Of a stretch of 64,000 nucleotides of DNA, positions 59,186 through 64,000 are shown piece after piece. The translations under genes and the position numbers were made by a program. The DNA lies in contig CAVZZO010000001.1 of assembly GCA_963779755.1 (NCBI GenBank), forward strand, positions 2,208,001 to 2,272,000, read 5' to 3'. The first letter of the stretch is position 1. Each line of letters opens with the position of its first letter. The notes beneath the pieces are model-generated. The model ran no database searches. It was given only the letters and a program-made list of their open reading frames with translations, and was not told the origin of the DNA. This DNA is from an uncultured Gemmatimonadales bacterium. GTDB lineage: Bacteria; Gemmatimonadota; Gemmatimonadetes; Gemmatimonadales; GWC2-71-9.

Positions 59186-59476
59186 GTGACGACGACATCT
59201 TCTCCCCAGCCTGCCGGCACGACCGGCACCATTATGGTGACGGTGCGGCTCTTTGCGCGTTACGCCGACGTGCTGGGGACGGAAGCGGTGGTCCTGAACG
59301 TGCCGGCAGGCGCGACGGTGGCGGATGCGCTCCAGTGGTTACGGCAGCAGATGCCGGCGGCGCAACAGCTTCCCCGGCAGCCACTCTGCGCCGTTGGCCT
59401 GAAGCAGGTGCTCCGGGAGCACGTGCTGGCCGATGGCGATGAGCTGGCGCTGCTGCCCCCGGTGGCCGGTGGCTGA
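59186..59476 (+). CDS. moaD: Molybdopterin synthase sulfur carrier subunit
   Basis: VTVRLFA, DGDELALLPPVAGG C-terminus; start may be 59234. Confidence 0.92.
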   Translation: MTTTSSPQPAGTTGTIMVTVRLFARYADVLGTEAVVLNVPAGATVADALQWLRQQMPAAQQLPRQPLCAVGLKQVLREHVLADGDELALLPPVAGG

Positions 59477-59477
59477 C

Positions 59478-59924
59478 ATGTACCTCACTCGAGCTCCCCT
59501 CGACCTGGCCGCGCTGATGGCGCGGGTCCAGGCGCCGGAGCGTGGCGGGACCGCGCTGTTTCTGGGCACGGTACGCGACCACCACGCCGGGCGGCAGGTC
59601 GTGGGCCTGGAGTACAGCAGCTACGAGGAGATGGCCGAGGCAGAGTGTGATCGCATCGTCCGGGAGGCGGAAGGCCGCTGGCCCGTCGCCCTGGCGGTGC
59701 AGCACCGGCTGGGCGCCCTGGCGATCGGCGATGCGGCGGTGGCGGTGGCGGCCGCGTCGGCGCACCGGGATGCCGCCTTCGAGGCGGCGCGCTGGGTGAT
59801 CGAGGCGTTGAAGCAGCGGGTGCCGATCTGGAAGCGGGAACGCTACGCCGATGGATCGATTGCCTGGGTCGATCCCACCTCCGCATCCGGCATCGCATCC
59901 GCGCCCATGGTGGAAGACACATGA
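59478..59924 (+). CDS. moaE: Molybdopterin synthase catalytic subunit
   Basis: FLGTVRD, LEY..Y..MA, HRLGAL, SAHRDAAF, LKQRVPIWKRE. Confidence 0.94.
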   Translation: MYLTRAPLDLAALMARVQAPERGGTALFLGTVRDHHAGRQVVGLEYSSYEEMAEAECDRIVREAEGRWPVALAVQHRLGALAIGDAAVAVAAASAHRDAAFEAARWVIEALKQRVPIWKRERYADGSIAWVDPTSASGIASAPMVEDT

Positions 59925-60943
59925 GCACCGCGCTCGACCGCCTGGGCCGGCCGCTGGGAAGCCTGCGGCTTTCGGTGACCGACCGATGCAATCTCCGCTG
60001 CCGCTACTGCATGCCGGAGGAGCACTACGTATGGCTGCCGCGCTCCGCCCTGCTCAGCTACGAAGAAATGACCCGGCTGGCGGGGATCTTCGCCGGCCTG
60101 GGCGTGCACAAGGTGCGGCTCACCGGCGGCGAGCCGCTGCTGCGGCACGATCTGCCCGTCCTCATCGAGCAGTTGCGTACCGACCGTCGCCTGCGGGATC
60201 TGGCGCTCACCACCAACGGGCTGCTGCTGGCCCAGCAGGCGGAGGCGCTGCACGCGGCGGGCCTGGACCGGGTGACGGTGAGCCTCGACACCCTCTCGCC
60301 CGGGAAGCTCAAGGCGTTTGCCCGGACCACCCGTCATGGCGACATCCTGCGCGGGCTTGCCGCCGCCCGGGACCTGGCGTTTCCGCTCAAGCTCAACACC
60401 GTGGTCATCCGCGGCTTCAACGACGATGAACTGGAGGACCTGCTCGAGTTCGGCCGCGGCCTCGATGCCGAGGTCCGGTTCATCGAGTACATGGACGTGG
60501 GCGGCGCCACCCGCTGGTCGATGGACGAGGTCGTTACCAGGGAAGAGATGCTGCGGCGCCTGGCGCGCCGCTATGGACCGATCGAGCCGATCCCGGCGCA
60601 GGGGCCGGCGCCGGCCGAACGTTTCCGGCTGCCCGACGGCAGCAGCTTCGGCATCATTGCATCCACCACGGCGCCCTTCTGCCGCTCCTGCGATCGGAGC
60701 CGCCTGACCGCCGACGGAACCTGGTATCTCTGTCTTTACGCCCCGGAGGGCGTGGATCTGCGGGAGCCGCTGCGCGCCGGCGCCAGCGACGCCGAGCTGG
60801 CGGGAATTATCCGGCAGACCTGGGCGCAGCGGGTCGACCGCGGGGCCGAGCAGCGCGCTGCCACCACCGGCCGGGAGGCGCTGTATCAGATCGACACCCT
60901 CCGCGCCGACCCGCGCCGGGAAATGCATACGCGGGGCGGGTGA
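59921..60943 (+). CDS. moaA: GTP 3',8-cyclase
   Basis: LRLSVTDRCNLRCRYCMP, RLTGGEPL, RFIEYM, FCRSCDRSRLTADG, C-terminal GG. Confidence 0.96.
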   Translation: MSTALDRLGRPLGSLRLSVTDRCNLRCRYCMPEEHYVWLPRSALLSYEEMTRLAGIFAGLGVHKVRLTGGEPLLRHDLPVLIEQLRTDRRLRDLALTTNGLLLAQQAEALHAAGLDRVTVSLDTLSPGKLKAFARTTRHGDILRGLAAARDLAFPLKLNTVVIRGFNDDELEDLLEFGRGLDAEVRFIEYMDVGGATRWSMDEVVTREEMLRRLARRYGPIEPIPAQGPAPAERFRLPDGSSFGIIASTTAPFCRSCDRSRLTADGTWYLCLYAPEGVDLREPLRAGASDAELAGIIRQTWAQRVDRGAEQRAATTGREALYQIDTLRADPRREMHTRGG

Positions 60944-60966
60944 GCTTTCCCCCCGGCGTTCCCTGG

Positions 60967-61053
60967 CAGGAATCAGGAATCAGGAGTCAGGAATCAGGGG
61001 TCAGGGGACCTTGGTTTCCGCCTTACCGTCTTACCGTCTTGCCGTCTTGCCGC
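60967..61053. repeat. Heptamer (CAGGAAT) array plus octamer (CTTRCCGT) array
   Basis: CAGGAAT CAGGAAT CAGGAGT CAGGAAT CAGGGGT; CTTACCGT x2, CTTGCCGT. Confidence 0.85.
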
Positions 61054-61071
61054 CACTCTGCCCACTCTTAC

Positions 61072-61551
61072 ATGCTCCACATCGCGCTGCTCGAGCCGCA
61101 GATCCCGCCCAACACCGGCAATATCGCCCGTCTCGCCGCCGCGACCGGTGCCAGCCTGCACCTGGTCGAACCGCTGGGCTTCTCACTGGACGAGGCGGAG
61201 TTGAAGCGGGCCGGGCTGGACTACTGGGATGCGGTCGATCTCTGGGTTCATCCGCACTGGCGCGGCTTCCGGGACGCCATGAGCCGGGAACGATGTCTCT
61301 ACTTCTCGGCGCACGGCCGGAAGAACTTCTGGCGCGCGCCCTACCGGGCGAACAGCTGCCTGGTGTTCGGCAGCGAAACCCAGGGCATGCCGGCCCGGAT
61401 CCTGGAGAAGTATCCCGAGCGGTGCTATCGCATTCCGATGAGCGGGCCGGTCCGGAGCCTCAATCTGGCGACGGCGGTGGGTATCGTGCTGTACGAGGCG
61501 TTGCGGCAGACGGGCTTGGGGGAGGACCGGCCGGCCGCGGACCGGCCCTGA
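61072..61551 (+). CDS. trmL: tRNA (cytidine/uridine(34)-2'-O)-methyltransferase
   Basis: PQIPPNTGNIAR, PLGF, KRAGLDYW, FGSETQG, RIPM, RSLNLA. Confidence 0.95.
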   Translation: MLHIALLEPQIPPNTGNIARLAAATGASLHLVEPLGFSLDEAELKRAGLDYWDAVDLWVHPHWRGFRDAMSRERCLYFSAHGRKNFWRAPYRANSCLVFGSETQGMPARILEKYPERCYRIPMSGPVRSLNLATAVGIVLYEALRQTGLGEDRPAADRP

Positions 61552-61570
61552 TCCGGTGCGTGGCGAGCGC

Positions 61571-61598
61571 GGGCCACGGAGCCGAGGCTCCGTGGCCC
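61571..61598. terminator. Inverted repeat between convergent genes
   Basis: GGGCCACGGAGC-cgag-GCTCCGTGGCCC. Confidence 0.6.
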
Positions 61599-61615
61599 TG
61601 GTCGTGCCCGCAGCC

Positions 61616-62041
61616 CTATTGCATTACGACGTAGACGGGGTTCCGCAGGGCGGCCGCCATGCGGGCGGCGGTGGTGAGGCTGCCGCGCAGGGCCTCGGCG
61701 CCCGGCTCCGCCGGGGAGACGACGGTGGCGTGGCGCAGCGCGGTGCCGCCCGCCGCGCAGGTCACCTTGATGTTCATGGGGGTGTAGATCCCCAGGGTGA
61801 GGGCGCCGACCAGCCCGTTGAGGAAGCTCTGTTGCGTCTCCACTTTCGCGACGCCGCTGGAACACTTCTCGGCGGCCTGCACTGTCTTCGGCGGGACCAG
61901 GCCATAGATCCAGGCGGAGGCGAAGGGCTGCTCCAGCGTCACGGTGGAGGGCGTGAGGCCCGTTTCCACGGTGGCATGGTAGCAGGCGGGCAGCAGGCAC
62001 AGGCCCGCGGCGGCGAGACCGAACGCGCGAAGCGAGGACAT
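61616..62041 (-). CDS. Bor/Iss-like lipoprotein
   Basis: Lipobox LPAC; WIYGLVP, C..GVAKVETQQSFLNGLVGALTLGIYTPM.IKVTC. Confidence 0.82.
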   Translation of the reverse strand: MSSLRAFGLAAAGLCLLPACYHATVETGLTPSTVTLEQPFASAWIYGLVPPKTVQAAEKCSSGVAKVETQQSFLNGLVGALTLGIYTPMNIKVTCAAGGTALRHATVVSPAEPGAEALRGSLTTAARMAAALRNPVYVVMQ

Positions 62042-62219
62042 GGGCGCACTCCTGGGATGGGGGATGGCGACCTTCTGCACCAAGGTTGCGTCGATCTGCG
62101 GGGCCCGCAAGCGCGGGCAAGTGGAAAGCGCCGCCCGATCCGGTTAGTTTCCGCGCGCCTGCCCTGGGGGCGGGCTTCACACTTCGCATCGCTCCTTCAG
62201 ACGCGAGAGAGCGTTCGCA

Positions 62220-63149
62220 ATGTTCAAGAAGATTACCGTCGTCGGCGCCGGGAACGTGGGCGCCACCGCGGCCCAGCGGCTGGCCGAGAAGAGCCTGGCC
62301 CGGACCGTGGTCATGCTGGACGTCCTCGAAGGCATTCCGCAGGGCAAGGGGCTGGATCAGTGGGAATCGGCCCCCATCGAAGGATTCGACACCCGGGTGG
62401 TTGGCAGCAACACCTACGACGATGCCGCCGGGTCGGAGCTGTTCATCGTGACCGCCGGCATCGCCCGCAAGCCGGGCATGAGCCGCGACGACCTGGTCAA
62501 GACCAACGTCGGCATCGTGAGCTCGGTGGCGGGGGAGATCAAGCGGGTCGCCCCGAAATCCATGGTCATCGTGGTCTCCAATCCGCTGGATGTGATGTGC
62601 CACGTCATGCGCCAGGCAACCGGCTTTCCCCGGGAGCGGGTGTTCGGCATGGCCGGGGTGCTCGACACCGCCCGGTACCGCTCCTTCCTGGCCGAGGCGC
62701 TGGACGTCTCGGTCGATGACATCCAGGCCATGGTACTGGGCGGCCACGGCGATACCATGGTGCCGCTGGTGTCGTATACGACGGTCTCCGGAATCCCGGT
62801 GCGCCAGCTGCTCAGGCCCGAGGCCCTCGATGCCATCGTCGACCGCACCCGAAAGGGCGGGGCGGAAATCGTCGGCTATCTCAAGACCGGCTCGGCCTAT
62901 TACGCGCCCAGCGCAGCCGCGGTGCAGATGGCGGAGGCGATCGTGCTCGACCGCAAACGGATCCTCCCGTGCTCGGCCTGGCTGCAGGGGGAGTACGGAC
63001 TGTCGGACGTCTATTGCGGGGTACCGTGCAAACTGGGCGCCGGCGGGCTGGAGCAGATCATCGAGGTCGAGCTGACCGATCCGGAGCGCCAGGCGCTGCA
63101 GCAGTCGGCGGCGGCGGTCCGCGAGACGGTCAAGGCGGCGGGGGTCTAG
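62220..63149 (+). CDS. mdh: Malate dehydrogenase (LDH-like)
   Basis: [46 protein letters not shown]. Confidence 0.96.
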   Translation: MFKKITVVGAGNVGATAAQRLAEKSLARTVVMLDVLEGIPQGKGLDQWESAPIEGFDTRVVGSNTYDDAAGSELFIVTAGIARKPGMSRDDLVKTNVGIVSSVAGEIKRVAPKSMVIVVSNPLDVMCHVMRQATGFPRERVFGMAGVLDTARYRSFLAEALDVSVDDIQAMVLGGHGDTMVPLVSYTTVSGIPVRQLLRPEALDAIVDRTRKGGAEIVGYLKTGSAYYAPSAAAVQMAEAIVLDRKRILPCSAWLQGEYGLSDVYCGVPCKLGAGGLEQIIEVELTDPERQALQQSAAAVRETVKAAGV

Positions 63150-63169
63150 GCGCGAACAGCGGAGCTGGC

Positions 63170-63838
63170 ATGGTCTCGTTCGGTTCGTTCTATCGTTCGA
63201 CGGTCGGCAAGAAGGTCATCATGGCGGTCACCGGGGTGATCCTGGTGGGGTTCATTATCGCCCATGTCGCCGCCAATCTGCAGGTCTTCTCCGGCAGTCC
63301 CGACAAGCTGGATGCCTACGCCCGGTTCCTCCGCAGTACGGGCGAGCTGCTCTGGGTGGCGCGGGCCATCCTGCTGGTGTCGGTCATCCTGCATATCGAT
63401 GCCGCCTGGAAGCTCACCCGGCGGAGCCACGCGGCCCGGCCGGTGGGCTACCAGCGAAAACGCCACGAAGCGGCCACCCTCGCCTCCCGCACCATGCGCT
63501 GGGGCGGGGTGCTGCTGCTGGCGTTTATCATCTACCACCTGCTGCATTTTACCTTCGGCGTTGCCCACCCGACCTGGCCCAATTTCAACCACACTACGGT
63601 CTACCGGAACATCATCATCGGGTTCCAGAACCCCTGGGTGGTGCTGTTCTATGAGGCGGGCCTGCTGGCGCTCGGGCTGCATCTCTACCACGGCATGCAG
63701 AGCATGCTGCTCTCTCTCGGCCTCACCAATCCGCGGTGGCTGGTTGTCTGGAAGCGGCTGGCGGTGACCGTCGCCGTCCTGGTGGCGGTCGGGTTCCTGG
63801 TCATTCCGCTCGCGGTCTATTTCGGGGTGGTGTCATGA
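63170..63838 (+). CDS. sdhC: Succinate dehydrogenase cytochrome b558 subunit
   Basis: [13 protein letters not shown], conserved His in TM helices, LHLYHG; upstream of the flavoprotein. Confidence 0.92.
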   Translation: MVSFGSFYRSTVGKKVIMAVTGVILVGFIIAHVAANLQVFSGSPDKLDAYARFLRSTGELLWVARAILLVSVILHIDAAWKLTRRSHAARPVGYQRKRHEAATLASRTMRWGGVLLLAFIIYHLLHFTFGVAHPTWPNFNHTTVYRNIIIGFQNPWVVLFYEAGLLALGLHLYHGMQSMLLSLGLTNPRWLVVWKRLAVTVAVLVAVGFLVIPLAVYFGVVS

Positions 63839-64000
63839 AGCTCGATCCACGGGTGCCGGCCGGTCCGCTGGAGCAGAAGTGGGACCAGCACCGCTTCCAG
63901 CTCAAGCTGGTGAATCCGGCCAACAAGCGGAAATACAACGTCATCATGGTGGGCAGCGGGCTGGCGGGCGCCTCGGCGGCGGCCAGCCTGGGCGAGCTGG
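63835..64000 (+). CDS. sdhA: Succinate dehydrogenase/fumarate reductase flavoprotein, 5' part only
   Basis: [16 protein letters not shown]...[31 protein letters not shown]; runs off the window. Confidence 0.92.
   Translation, partial: MKLDPRVPAGPLEQKWDQHRFQLKLVNPANKRKYNVIMVGSGLAGASAAASLGEL

Overview
High-GC bacterial chromosome segment. Gene order and protein styles suggest Gemmatimonadota (inference). The right third is core genome: pepA, yicC-gmk-rpoZ-coaBC-udg-dnaB-radA-ispD-tsaC-LMW phosphatase-aroE-comF-gap-pgk-tpiA-secG-carA, HU/IHF, moaDEA, trmL, mdh-sdhC-sdhA'. The left and middle parts hold rne/rng-rplU-rpmA, a ~12.8 kb minus-strand aromatic-CoA catabolic run, an ECF sigma/zinc anti-sigma/Spy-like trio followed by nfeD-floA-yqfB-like genes, ppa, tRNA-Leu(CAA), furA-katG, an FG-GAP protein, a second ECF module, PBP1A and a lytic transglycosylase. 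Three things stand out. (1) A hybrid, minimal Box/Paa pathway: short BoxB-like diiron epoxidase, single-domain BoxC-like crotonase, PaaG/F/H/J-like enzymes and a PaaR-type TetR with a perfect PaaR-type operator, with no BoxA reductase or CoA ligase in the window. (2) An ECF sigma module whose anti-sigma and predicted outer-membrane partner both carry CBM48/AMPK-type glycogen-binding domains. (3) A pervasive system of short tandem-repeat inverted elements (7-11-mers) placed directly after stop codons, plus MITE-like families, one translated in frame and one inside a 264-bp tandem duplication. No integrase, transposase, CRISPR array or rRNA was seen. All functional calls come from motif recognition by eye, not database searches.
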